A stretch of 64,000 bases of DNA, from positions 143 through 64,142 of IMG/VR virus record IMGVR_UViG_3300027976_000036; one strand, 5' to 3'. Origin of the DNA: a virus. Its lineage: Duplodnaviria > Caudoviricetes. The translations under genes were made by a program, and so were the position numbers. Position 1 is the first letter of the stretch, and each line of letters begins with the position of its first letter. Of this stretch, positions 50,940 to 59,838 are shown one piece after another. Under the pieces are notes generated by a model that saw nothing but the letters and a program-made list of their open reading frames with translations, made no database searches and had not been told where the DNA came from.

Positions 50940-51308
50940 TTAATCTATCTCGATTTCAGACACCCAAAAGAACTTTTCTTCCTTTTGGGAAGTTTTAATA
51001 TCTTCTAAGTCTCTTAAATCTAAATATGATTGTTCTTTAATGAACAATTTTTCTTCTTCTATCATATTTTCTTCTGCTACATGAAGAAATCTTGAGAAAA
51101 GCTTTATCGAAACATCAGAAGCTTCATAGAGTTTCATGATATAATCATCAAGAAAGAGTTTCTTGCTGATTATATCATTATCAACCAGGTTGTTAGCCTG
51201 TAATACTTCAACAAAATTTCCTTTTGGCGAAATTCGCTTGATTTCAGTTTTGACAATGTTTAGTGCGTCAATCAAGGTTTTAAGAGCCTCAATTTTTTCA
51301 ATCTTCAT
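50940..51308 (-). CDS. Hypothetical protein
   Basis: Likely start MKIEKIE, overlapping the upstream stop. Confidence 0.6.
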   Translation of the reverse strand: MKIEKIEALKTLIDALNIVKTEIKRISPKGNFVEVLQANNLVDNDIISKKLFLDDYIMKLYEASDVSIKLFSRFLHVAEENMIEEEKLFIKEQSYLDLRDLEDIKTSQKEEKFFWVSEIEID

Positions 51309-51621
51309 ATTTTTCTGACCTTCTGTTCCTACTTGAACAGATTTGATTGTTATAATACCATACAACAAACTCTAATTCATGGTTCATCATTTCTTCGCTG
51401 AAACTTAGCGTCGAATGAAGTCTTTTTCCTTCGAAAATGTATGCTCCGTTTTTATTTGGGGTGACGAAATAGTTATATTTTCCATCGAAATAATATATTT
51501 CAGTTTTTTCCTTTGTATTAATTCGTGCTTTTATGGTAATACTCAAAAAAATATACCAAACCCTGCTACAGATAGATATATTACCAATATAACAAATCCC
51601 GTAAATAAGGATTTTGCCCAC
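51298..51621 (-). CDS. Hypothetical protein
   Basis: ORF; start uncertain. Confidence 0.4.
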   Translation of the reverse strand: MGKILIYGICYIGNISICSRVWYIFLSITIKARINTKEKTEIYYFDGKYNYFVTPNKNGAYIFEGKRLHSTLSFSEEMMNHELEFVVWYYNNQICSSRNRRSEKYED

Positions 51622-51752
51622 AGTAAATTATTTTCTCTGTGCCATTTTTTTCCCTCTGGGGATTCTCTGAATTCTTTTCTGATTTGTTCAAGTGACTTCA
51701 TAAATACTCCTTCGCTATCATTGTGATAGGTGCCTCAAGTGAGGCATTCATA

Positions 51753-52133
51753 TTATTCTGTCCAATTTTCGAGAGGAAACCAAGTGCTTCCTCTCATGTT
51801 TACATACCATTTATTTTCTATTGGTTTAAAAAGATACAGATATTCTGCACCCATGTAAGGCCAAGACCTTACATTTTTGTGATGTACTGTAGGTACAATC
51901 AGTGCAGGGTCTTCACCTCTTCGGTCTTTATAAAAAGAGCATTCCTTCAAAGTTTCACCCAATACTGATAAATCTCCGCCTTCAATTAGTTCTACTACGG
52001 ATTCCATTGTTTTATAGAATTCCAACAACAGACGCCCAGCAGATTCAACACCTCCTGCATTATGCAGGTATACTGACTTAACGTCGTAGTTTCCGTTGTT
52101 CAACTCAATACCAATAAGTGCTCTTGTACTCAT
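51753..52133 (-). CDS. Conserved phage protein (MSTR-x-x-IG...Y-x-H family)
   Basis: Recognisable widespread phage family pattern (GDLSVL, EYLYLF). AAAGGAG RBS. Confidence 0.7.
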   Translation of the reverse strand: MSTRALIGIELNNGNYDVKSVYLHNAGGVESAGRLLLEFYKTMESVVELIEGGDLSVLGETLKECSFYKDRRGEDPALIVPTVHHKNVRSWPYMGAEYLYLFKPIENKWYVNMRGSTWFPLENWTE

Positions 52134-52167
52134 TTTTCTCCTTTAAACCATTAGCGATGTTGCAAAC

Positions 52168-52178
52168 ACTATATACAC
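52168..52178 (-). promoter_or_regulatory. Putative promoter motif GTGTATATAGT
   Basis: Identical to the 29705 copy; 35 nt upstream of the 52133 start. Confidence 0.6.
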
Positions 52179-52272
52179 AAACACAAGAATCTTCATAAGA
52201 AAATTTTCTTTGTGTATATAAGAATTTATTTTATCTTCAATTAACATTCTTTTCAGATGAAATTTTCTTCAT

Positions 52273-52332
52273 ATAATGTACTCCTATATACTGCGACATT
52301 GCAGAATGTGAGGCACATGTGCCTCATTCGTT
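52273..52332 (-). repeat. Element 1
   Basis: + strand aatgtactcc...ctgcgacattgcag...tgaggc/gcctca-ttcgtt. Confidence 0.9.
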
Positions 52333-53041
52333 ATTCTTCGTCTTCATCATCATCATCAGGTGGATATAATTTCGCATATTGTTCATCAACAAGATGCATG
52401 AAATTGTGTCCAAGCGATGTACGAAACCTGGAGTTAAATGTTTGGGTTAATTCTTCGAATTCTTGATATTCCAATGGAATATCAAGCCTTATACATTCTT
52501 CAATAGAATGTATAATCGCATCATACTCACAGTGTTGTGATATAATAATGTTTAAGTTGTCATCAACATGGTGTTCAGCGTGGAACAAATCGTGAAAAAA
52601 CCACGAAATATTTTCGTATTTCATGACAATTTGAATTTTTCTAGTCCCATGTTCATTCCACCAATAAACAAAAGGTATTAATACATCGACTTTTTCTTCA
52701 AGAATAATTTGCCTATTTTTGTTGTTTATATAGAATCCATTTGCCGAAAACCGGCGCTTTTTCCATTTGCTTGGAAATTCATCATCATCTTCCTCTTCTG
52801 GATTCATGTATGGAATGAATGAATATGGCCAATCTTCTTCACCCATTCCCCACCTTATGATTGTATCATAATCTGGCATTTTTTCTTTGTTTTTATTGCA
52901 ATACCTCTTGTAAGCATCAAATGCTGACTTTGGTATTACCGTTTCATTTAGGCCGATTTCCCCGTTTCCAAAGCTTGAAAAATTCGTTGATTTTTTAAAG
53001 ATAAATTCAATTTTATCTTTGTCTACTGTATGGTATTCCAT
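52331..53041 (-). CDS. Hypothetical protein with HDLFH (HExxH-like) motif
   Basis: Start reassigned to MEYHTV using the element RBS. Stop overlaps element 1. Confidence 0.75.
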   Translation of the reverse strand: MEYHTVDKDKIEFIFKKSTNFSSFGNGEIGLNETVIPKSAFDAYKRYCNKNKEKMPDYDTIIRWGMGEEDWPYSFIPYMNPEEEDDDEFPSKWKKRRFSANGFYINNKNRQIILEEKVDVLIPFVYWWNEHGTRKIQIVMKYENISWFFHDLFHAEHHVDDNLNIIISQHCEYDAIIHSIEECIRLDIPLEYQEFEELTQTFNSRFRTSLGHNFMHLVDEQYAKLYPPDDDDEDEE

Positions 53042-53100
53042 AATGTACTCCTTAGTCATAGCAACATTGCTGTGAAATGGGAAATTAATCCCAAGTCGTA
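53042..53100 (-). repeat. Element 2
   Basis: aatgtactcc...catagcaacattgctgtg...tggga/tccca. Confidence 0.85.
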
Positions 53101-53103
53101 GAT

Positions 53104-53727
53104 TTATTTCAGATATTCTTTTGTTACAAGGCGCTGTAACGAAGCCATCGCGTCTTTAATGGCTTCTCTTTCTGAAGTAATACCGTCGCCTGATTCAATG
53201 ACGTCACCATCTTCATCTTCAATAGTCCATAGAAAGAACGAATCATGAGTAAAACCCTCTCTGTGTTCAACTATCTCAACACACAGAGCACTGAACATTT
53301 TCTCAAAGTTGTCTTTTGAGTATTTCGAATCTTTTCCAAGAACCCTTTCTGAGTGATTGTTCCAAAAATTGGAAGTTTCCTCTCTTTTGATGTAGAAAAA
53401 CCCAAATAAACCTGTGTCCCAACCACTAGCACATACGCTAGTATGCATGGTTAGTCCACTATGGTCAGTGGCGGAAATGCAATACACATGATACCCTCTT
53501 TCTTCCCCAAAGAGATTAACCATTTCTTCTATACTTTCACAATCAAAATTTGCAAAATCAACTCCCAAAGGTTTAATTTTGTCTATATTGGATTTTGGTC
53601 CTTCATAAGACTTGTGAAAACTACAAAATCCAATTCCATAATCCAAAATTTCGTCTTGAAAAAGTTGGGTTACTAGATCTTGCGAGCATTCCATGTCTTC
53701 TTGAACGGTAATTTTGTACTTAATCAT
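53104..53727 (-). CDS. Conserved phage/MGE hypothetical protein (DHSG...WD-x-G family)
   Basis: ATDHSGL...GWDTGLFGF motif. Confidence 0.7.
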   Translation of the reverse strand: MIKYKITVQEDMECSQDLVTQLFQDEILDYGIGFCSFHKSYEGPKSNIDKIKPLGVDFANFDCESIEEMVNLFGEERGYHVYCISATDHSGLTMHTSVCASGWDTGLFGFFYIKREETSNFWNNHSERVLGKDSKYSKDNFEKMFSALCVEIVEHREGFTHDSFFLWTIEDEDGDVIESGDGITSEREAIKDAMASLQRLVTKEYLK

Positions 53728-53784
53728 AATGTACTCCTACATACTGCGACATTGCAGCATATGAGGCTAAATGCCTCATTCGTT
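53728..53784 (-). repeat. Element 3
   Basis: ctgcgacattgcag...atgaggc/gcctcat-tcgtt. Confidence 0.9.
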
Positions 53785-54247
53785 AAGATAGTGTTTTGTT
53801 ATAAACAAAGCTCTCATATTCATGTAAAGCTGTTTCAGCTCTTTGGTATAAGTCTCTGGCTTCTGAGAAAAATGCCGATATCGACACCAGGTGGTTTGGT
53901 ATCGATATTAATGCATTTTCAATTGCAATGTCTCTATTTTCAAAGTGTTCAGCGTTCAGAACACTGTTCAAAGCACTTTTGATTTTCTCTAGGTGCATTG
54001 AGCAAAAATATATGGCCGATTCTATTGGCGTTGCTCCTATTTTTGACCAAATAACAGGAAGAGAGCTTTCTTTAATTAAAGAATTGATAATCTTCAACAT
54101 TGCTTCGCAATTGGTTTCGAACCTACAAATTGACATTATACTTTTGTTTGATTCCCAAAAAGAATACAAGAATTGTATTTCCTTTTCAAAATCGTCATTT
54201 TTGTGGTACGCCTGTATCATTTTTGACTCATTCTTAAATTTAGACAT
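53783..54247 (-). CDS. Hypothetical protein
   Basis: Bounded exactly by elements 4 and 3. Confidence 0.75.
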   Translation of the reverse strand: MSKFKNESKMIQAYHKNDDFEKEIQFLYSFWESNKSIMSICRFETNCEAMLKIINSLIKESSLPVIWSKIGATPIESAIYFCSMHLEKIKSALNSVLNAEHFENRDIAIENALISIPNHLVSISAFFSEARDLYQRAETALHEYESFVYNKTLS

Positions 54248-54311
54248 ATTGTTTCCTTACAAACAGTAGCAACATTGCTACATTATCCAACATTTCTGTT
54301 GGATATCGGTT
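54248..54311 (-). repeat. Element 4 (variant)
   Basis: gtagcaacattgctac...tatccaaca/tgttggata-tcggtt. Confidence 0.8.
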
Positions 54312-54322
54312 TAAAAGATGGT

Positions 54323-54865
54323 TTAAAAAAGAGGAACTTTTTCCAATCTTTTTAAGGAATCGTTTTCGAAATCCTGCGCAAAATTGTTATACTTTGCAAT
54401 CAGGTTTTCCAATTGTCCCTCTAAGTCTCTTGCACCATACATGAGGACTTCTATCTCATAAAATTCAGCCGCCAGCCTCTCAAAAACATAATCAATCAAA
54501 TTTCTGTTTTTTTCTGATTCGACAATGTCAAGGTTTTCGAATTGTGTTTGCCATGGAGTAAAATACTTAATCCGATCACACATCAAATCTAATAACCAAA
54601 TAATCCGGAATATAGAATGCCTATATGCCTCTTCTGGATCTCCATGGAGTTCTTTAGAATTTTCATTTTTCTGTGACTTGAAGAATTTTGAGATCATAAG
54701 TTGAAACAACAATTGCAACACATTTGCCGTCTCAACTCTAGTGACATAACCCGTATCCGTTTTCGGAGTGTGTCCAACTGACACTAGATATTTTTTCATA
54801 ACACTAAAGTCTTTCTCGAAGCCTGTAATGTTATTGTAAATCACAACCGTTTTTCTTTCGTTCAT
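54323..54865 (-). CDS. Hypothetical protein
   Basis: Starts at the element 5 RBS. Confidence 0.75.
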   Translation of the reverse strand: MNERKTVVIYNNITGFEKDFSVMKKYLVSVGHTPKTDTGYVTRVETANVLQLLFQLMISKFFKSQKNENSKELHGDPEEAYRHSIFRIIWLLDLMCDRIKYFTPWQTQFENLDIVESEKNRNLIDYVFERLAAEFYEIEVLMYGARDLEGQLENLIAKYNNFAQDFENDSLKRLEKVPLF

Positions 54866-54926
54866 AACGTACTCCTAGATATCTGCAACATTGCAGAATA
54901 TCTCGGCATTTCTGCCGAGATTCGTT
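54866..54926 (-). repeat. Element 5
   Basis: atctgcaacattgcaga-atatctcggcatttctgccgaga-ttcgtt. Confidence 0.95.
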
Positions 54927-54988
54927 TAATTATTCGAAGCGACGATTTACAATTTTTTTCTTACCACTTTTAAACCCCTAAAACCAAT

Positions 54989-55180
54989 CTAACGGATCAA
55001 ATTCTGGTTTTGGTTTGGTTTAATTCCTGCTGCAAGCAAAGCAAATATTGCCAAAGGACCAAAAAGCCAACCAAAGAAGGACCAACTTCCGGCGCAGCGA
55101 TTATATCTATTAGCAAGTATTGCTGCTATAATAGCAAAGTAGAATGAGAACATAATTATAATAAACCAATATTCGTTCAT
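54989..55180 (-). CDS. Small membrane protein, homologous to 33563-33841
   Basis: Two TM segments and NR...WSFFGWLFGP. Confidence 0.7.
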   Translation of the reverse strand: MNEYWFIIIMFSFYFAIIAAILANRYNRCAGSWSFFGWLFGPLAIFALLAAGIKPNQNQNLIR

Positions 55181-55242
55181 AATGTACTCCTAGATATTCT
55201 GCAACATTGCAGAATATCTCGGCATTTCTACCGAGATTCGTT
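55181..55242 (-). repeat. Element 6
   Basis: Perfect 11-6-11 palindrome agatattctgc-aacatt-gcagaatatct plus the ctcgg hairpin. Confidence 0.95.
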
Positions 55243-55675
55243 AACGAATAAAATATTGGTTAAGATATGTGATAAACATATTAGTTACACGCACTCTATC
55301 ATCTAGCTCAAATCCACACACGGTGGGATCGCCCAAGAAGTTGCGCACTGCACCTTCGTAATCCGTTAAGTTTGCGCACAGTACGCTGTCATAGCAATAT
55401 GACATAAATTTCGCAGGTGAAATTTTAATCAGTTCTCGCCATTTGTCTTCTTTTTCTTGAAAAGAAGACAAGTCAATTAAGCTACTAAGTTCTTTTTCCT
55501 TGTCGCTTAACTCAAAGATTTCGTGGGGCAAAATCTTTAATTGATTCAAAATTTTGATAGAAGTAGCTTGAGCTACTTCTATTTCTTCTATTAGGCTTCT
55601 CCTTTTTTCGAAATCATTTTTGATTGTTTCGATTTTGTTCTTTAACAAGTTTATCTTATATTCTAGTTCTTTCAT
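55241..55675 (-). CDS. Hypothetical coiled-coil protein
   Basis: Bounded exactly by elements 7 and 6. Confidence 0.75.
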   Translation of the reverse strand: MKELEYKINLLKNKIETIKNDFEKRRSLIEEIEVAQATSIKILNQLKILPHEIFELSDKEKELSSLIDLSSFQEKEDKWRELIKISPAKFMSYCYDSVLCANLTDYEGAVRNFLGDPTVCGFELDDRVRVTNMFITYLNQYFIR

Positions 55676-55735
55676 AATGTACTCCTAGATATCTGCAACA
55701 TTGCAGTATATCTCGGCATTTCTGCCGAGATTCGT
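55676..55735 (-). repeat. Element 7
   Basis: Near-identical to element 5. Confidence 0.95.
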
Positions 55736-55856
55736 CTGATTATTCGCTTGGTATAGTCAATGTAAAATTGTGTTTCTTGAATGACTCTACTTTAGAAAAT
55801 ATAGATTGTGCTTTTTTAAGCGTTTCTTCTGATTTTTTAAGTGCTTCTTCTGATTT

Positions 55857-56462
55857 TTAATTGGCTGTACTCAGAGCCAATTCAGCTTTTTTAACTTTGT
55901 CGGTTGTAGATTGTATCGCAACAAATATAGTTTCAATGTCAGGTTTTTTTGTGAGACGATATTCTAACTCTAGAATCTCTTCTTCTAATTCATATGCCCG
56001 TATATGATGCCATACTTTTTCACCTGCTTTCTTAGAATAAAAATCAGCTTTTGCTTCTTCTTTTTTTGCCATAACTAAGTTATTTTGGACATAATAACGT
56101 TTCATGTTGTCGAGAGCCGTCTTAAATTTTTTTATATCAGAAGGTCGCGCTTTTTCTGCTCTATATTCTTTTACTTTTTGTTCATCCATTTGCGTTTGTA
56201 ACTTTTCCATTAGCTTATAATCTGATACTTGTGATTTATAATCTGATACTTGTGATTTATAATCTGATACTTGTGATTTATAATTTTGTGCTATTTGTGT
56301 CCATGCATCGGCATCTTCTTTATAAATCTTAGCTTCAGCGAGTAATTCTTCAACGACTCTTATTCTGTCTTTGTCTAGTGGTTCATTATCATCTGCATTA
56401 GCAGAACTAACACTTATGAATGAAAAAGCGACAGCACCAAGAATCTTACAAAACTTATTCAT
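55857..56462 (-). CDS. Secreted coiled-coil protein, probably truncated by a premature TAA
   Basis: Signal peptide MNKFCK...SSANA. The frame stays open for 38 more codons to 55740. Confidence 0.75.
   Translation of the reverse strand: MNKFCKILGAVAFSFISVSSANADDNEPLDKDRIRVVEELLAEAKIYKEDADAWTQIAQNYKSQVSDYKSQVSDYKSQVSDYKLMEKLQTQMDEQKVKEYRAEKARPSDIKKFKTALDNMKRYYVQNNLVMAKKEEAKADFYSKKAGEKVWHHIRAYELEEEILELEYRLTKKPDIETIFVAIQSTTDKVKKAELALSTAN
56215..56283 (-). repeat. 21-bp coding tandem repeat x3 (YKSQVSD heptad)
   Basis: ttataatctgatacttgtgat repeated. Confidence 0.9.
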
Positions 56463-56540
56463 GTTACTCCTAGATATCTGCAACATTGCAGAATTTTAGA
56501 ATATGATAAACAATTTGTCTGTTTATCATATTCTAAACGT
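56463..56540 (-). repeat. Element 8 (18-bp variable stem)
   Basis: atctgcaacattgcaga plus tttagaatatgataaaca / tgtttatcatattctaaa. Confidence 0.9.
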
Positions 56541-56546
56541 CATATG

Positions 56547-57701
56547 TTATGCGACGAGCTGATACAGATACTGAAGCGCAGGTTGCGCCGTCGTATCAGT
56601 GTTCAGTACATCCTCATAACGAGAACGCAATCGAACCGTCTCAAGATTTACGTCACCGGTGTATCCATGGATATTCGTTCGCTTGCTGCGAAGAGTCCAA
56701 GAGGTTACGCCTTGAGCCCACCCGAAAACCGTTGATGTGTCAATATCCTCGACACCCGGCTGATCATTGTCCAAGTGATTCAGAAAATCAACGTGAAGTT
56801 TTTCCAACGACTTCGTCTGGCGATCCGACAAATCATTGTCAGTCAGAGACTTGCCGAAAAGATTTGAGAAGAATTCCCTCTTTTCACTGTCAACAATCTT
56901 ACGGCTAAGCATCTTGTCCAAAGTCTTCTGATATTGAGACGTAGATTCCACTACGTCCACAAGCGAAGACTTCCAATCATCCAATAGGATATAAGCGTTT
57001 GCCGTGCGCTTTAGATTACCATTTCCAATGGCGGCTTGGGCCTTTACGTGCATCATCGTATTCATGCACACGGTAGCCATAATGGTCTTTCTTGGACTAA
57101 GCGCCATCGAACCATCAAGGCTACCCATGATGGTCAAAAGATACGCATTTCCGTCCGCGAAACCACCTTCCCCAATATCTCCAACGAGATACTGCATACA
57201 GGCTTTCGCCCCATTGTCAAAAACAATCAATCCAAAAGGAATGAGTGCTTCTTCCAATTCTTTAGGCGGAAGAAGAGCATTCTCCCAACTAAAATTGGCC
57301 CATGACGCGCTGACAGAAGCATTCATTTCGAATTGCTTCTCCCCCCAAGTTGCGACAACTTGGGAACCACTTGTAGGAAGATATAATCCCGGATTCTTCA
57401 CACTTGGCATTACCCGTGGCAACACATGGATTCCGAAGTTTTCGGAATCCAGTCCAACCTTTTCCAATAACTGCAAACCAGAAGTAGGAGTTTCCTCCAT
57501 AACTTCTCCCAAACCGTGCCAAGCTTTTCCGGCCTGTGGACTAAAAACCGCAGCAAATCCAAAGGCATGACCATTCGGATTATCGGTAGTGACATCTTCG
57601 CTACCGATTGCCAACTTAGAAACCTTAGAAGCCTTAGCGGGCTTCTCGATGTCGAAGTTGGTATTAGCGAAGATACTGGCGATAGAATTGGTATTCGACA
57701 T
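56547..57701 (-). CDS. DUF932 / TIGR03299-like phage-plasmid protein
   Basis: AWHGLG, S-x-DGS, TVCMNT, T-x-FGW-x-QGVT motifs. Confidence 0.8.
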   Translation of the reverse strand: MSNTNSIASIFANTNFDIEKPAKASKVSKLAIGSEDVTTDNPNGHAFGFAAVFSPQAGKAWHGLGEVMEETPTSGLQLLEKVGLDSENFGIHVLPRVMPSVKNPGLYLPTSGSQVVATWGEKQFEMNASVSASWANFSWENALLPPKELEEALIPFGLIVFDNGAKACMQYLVGDIGEGGFADGNAYLLTIMGSLDGSMALSPRKTIMATVCMNTMMHVKAQAAIGNGNLKRTANAYILLDDWKSSLVDVVESTSQYQKTLDKMLSRKIVDSEKREFFSNLFGKSLTDNDLSDRQTKSLEKLHVDFLNHLDNDQPGVEDIDTSTVFGWAQGVTSWTLRSKRTNIHGYTGDVNLETVRLRSRYEDVLNTDTTAQPALQYLYQLVA

Positions 57702-57735
57702 TATTTACTCTCTTTCGAATGTATGTTTAACAATC

Positions 57736-58026
57736 TCAACTAATCTTGTGCAAGAGTTTGTACAAGATTTCTAAATCCCTTTCGATTTCAGATTGTATAC
57801 TTGGTAGCAATGAGTCGTGCTTCATTATAATACCTGTTTCCAGGTTGAGCGTCATTGTCAAGTAATCATCTACATCGTCAGGACAATATGCTTCAATCAA
57901 GTTAGAATTTCCAACTATCACTATCGCATAATTTTCATTTACGAATGTAATATGTTCTTCCCCGCTTTCTATACACATAAAAACTTTCATGTGCGAGAAA
58001 ATGATTTTTAAATTATCGCATATCAT
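57736..58026 (-). CDS. Hypothetical protein
   Basis: Starts at the element 9 RBS (AAGGA). Confidence 0.65.
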   Translation of the reverse strand: MICDNLKIIFSHMKVFMCIESGEEHITFVNENYAIVIVGNSNLIEAYCPDDVDDYLTMTLNLETGIIMKHDSLLPSIQSEIERDLEILYKLLHKIS

Positions 58027-58086
58027 GATCCTTCTCAGCCCTTGGTAACATTTCCAAGGATATCAGAAATTAATCTGATATTCGGT
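58027..58086 (-). repeat. Element 9 (divergent; stem fully replaced)
   Basis: ccttgg-taacattt-ccaagg plus atatcaga/tctgatat-tcggt. Confidence 0.7.
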
Positions 58087-58089
58087 ACT

Positions 58090-58290
58090 CTAACAAAATT
58101 TACGATAGCCATGAACTTGTGTAAACTCATAAACTTCGTAATATACATTACTGGGGCATGGTTTTTGATTGTGTTTGTATTTTGCCTTTAGCGCAGCCTC
58201 AAAACTCTTATGTCTTGAAATATAAGAGTTTACTGGTTCATTATTTATTTCGCAAAATACAAAAAAATATCTTCTGTGAGGATATCTCAA
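58090..58290 (-). CDS. Hypothetical protein
   Basis: TTG start coupled to the upstream stop. Confidence 0.55.
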   Translation of the reverse strand: MRYPHRRYFFVFCEINNEPVNSYISRHKSFEAALKAKYKHNQKPCPSNVYYEVYEFTQVHGYRKFC

Positions 58291-58766
58291 ATTTCTTCTC
58301 CTGTATCTCTTAAGATTCGTATTGTGAAATCATGAATGTGAGATTGATGAAGCAATTTTGCTTCTCTAATCTTTTCTTCGTTCTTAGAGTTCATAAGTAA
58401 AAATTCCGAGAACAAAGTTATATATCTTTGAATCTCGAAAAGGATACTATGAATCTTGTCAAGACTTTCTTGTGTAAGCATATCATCAATATATAGCATG
58501 ATGAATGTTGGCACTTGCGATACACAAAACTCTAACGAGTCTTTTGTTGTGTCCAAGACAGTTTTGTACTTTGGGCAGTAACCCGAAAAGTACTTCCTCT
58601 CATAATCTGAAAGTACGATTCGTGCCAACTTCTGTAAAAATATTTTCTCTTTAGGATCATCCTCCCTTTTGGACCTATTCCAAATTTTCTGGAAGATTTT
58701 CCAATTCTCAAGGTTTTCCTGGGGGATGTTAATTGTTGTCTCTTGGGTAGTTTTGATTATTTCCAT
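58287..58766 (-). CDS. Hypothetical protein
   Basis: Starts at the element 10 RBS. Confidence 0.75.
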   Translation of the reverse strand: MEIIKTTQETTINIPQENLENWKIFQKIWNRSKREDDPKEKIFLQKLARIVLSDYERKYFSGYCPKYKTVLDTTKDSLEFCVSQVPTFIMLYIDDMLTQESLDKIHSILFEIQRYITLFSEFLLMNSKNEEKIREAKLLHQSHIHDFTIRILRDTGEEI

Positions 58767-58829
58767 GATGTACTCCTAGAAATCTGCGACATTGCAGAAT
58801 ACGAACCCCGTGAAAAGGGTTCATTCGTT
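58767..58829 (-). repeat. Element 10
   Basis: tctgcgacattgcaga plus gaaccc/gggttc-attcgtt. Confidence 0.9.
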
Positions 58830-58831
58830 TG

Positions 58832-59329
58832 TTAGATATTTGTATCATCAGATAACTTGACGATATAAGAATGATATGCGTCTTTCGCATTTTCCATGGC
58901 CACGAGAAATCCATTTGATTCATTGATTACATTCTGGATTCTGTCTAAAATCCAACTCACACGCACGCAAACGTTTTTATATTCTTCAAAAGCTTGCTCG
59001 TTAAGCGCATAACTGTTTATATTAAACGACATCAAACTTTTTACGTTTGATATTGCCATGTTTATTCTGGTGTAATACCAAAACATAGCTTTTTGTTTAA
59101 GAGAGAGAACTAAGTATTCTTCTTCCTCTTTTTCAACTGAGAAATATTGAAACTGCACGTATTCCAATAGATCAGAAATGACACTGAGAATGAATTCATT
59201 CTCATAAAAATTTTCAGTATCCTGATAAAGCTTTATTCTTTGGAATAGACGTTGAACGTTTCCAAAAGATTTTTCGAATTCATAATTATTATATATCTCA
59301 ATTGAAAGCTCTTTCATCAGATTAGACAT
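58832..59329 (-). CDS. Hypothetical protein
   Basis: Start reassigned to MSNLMKE using the element RBS. Confidence 0.75.
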   Translation of the reverse strand: MSNLMKELSIEIYNNYEFEKSFGNVQRLFQRIKLYQDTENFYENEFILSVISDLLEYVQFQYFSVEKEEEEYLVLSLKQKAMFWYYTRINMAISNVKSLMSFNINSYALNEQAFEEYKNVCVRVSWILDRIQNVINESNGFLVAMENAKDAYHSYIVKLSDDTNI

Positions 59330-59388
59330 GATGTACTCCTTAGTAATAGCAACATTGCTATATTTGCCAACAGATGTTGGCAATCGTA
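59330..59388 (-). repeat. Element 11
   Basis: atagcaacattgctat plus ttgccaac/gttggcaa-tcgt. Confidence 0.9.
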
Positions 59389-59838
59389 TTATGTTTTTGT
59401 TATCTCAATCTCATACATGGCGACCAACATTCCTAGATTATCCTCCGCATCTTGTTCCGCTTTTTTGAAAAAAGTGAGTCTCTTCACAAACTCGCGAAAC
59501 TTAGATAACTCGACATTAAGGATTTCATAGTTATAGTTTTCATGACTTGGAAAGCCTGTGCCATTTTTGATGTATGCTTCATCGACATTGTCAACTTCTT
59601 GTTGTATTCTCATTAAGAAGTTGTTAATAACATTGCTGATGCCATGATCGGCATAGCTTTTTGTTTTATCATCTTTTTGGAAATGCTCCTGTCCGGAGAT
59701 AGTTGCATAACTAATTGCTCTTAAATAAAAGAGAGCTAGATTTACTTCCATGATTCTGTGATGGTGAAATTTCTTCCACGCGAAAGTTATGTCTTCCAAT
59801 AATAATTGGGAACAAAATTTGAATTTAACGTTAGACAT
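59389..59838 (-). CDS. Hypothetical protein
   Basis: Bounded by elements 12 and 11. Confidence 0.75.
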   Translation of the reverse strand: MSNVKFKFCSQLLLEDITFAWKKFHHHRIMEVNLALFYLRAISYATISGQEHFQKDDKTKSYADHGISNVINNFLMRIQQEVDNVDEAYIKNGTGFPSHENYNYEILNVELSKFREFVKRLTFFKKAEQDAEDNLGMLVAMYEIEITKT

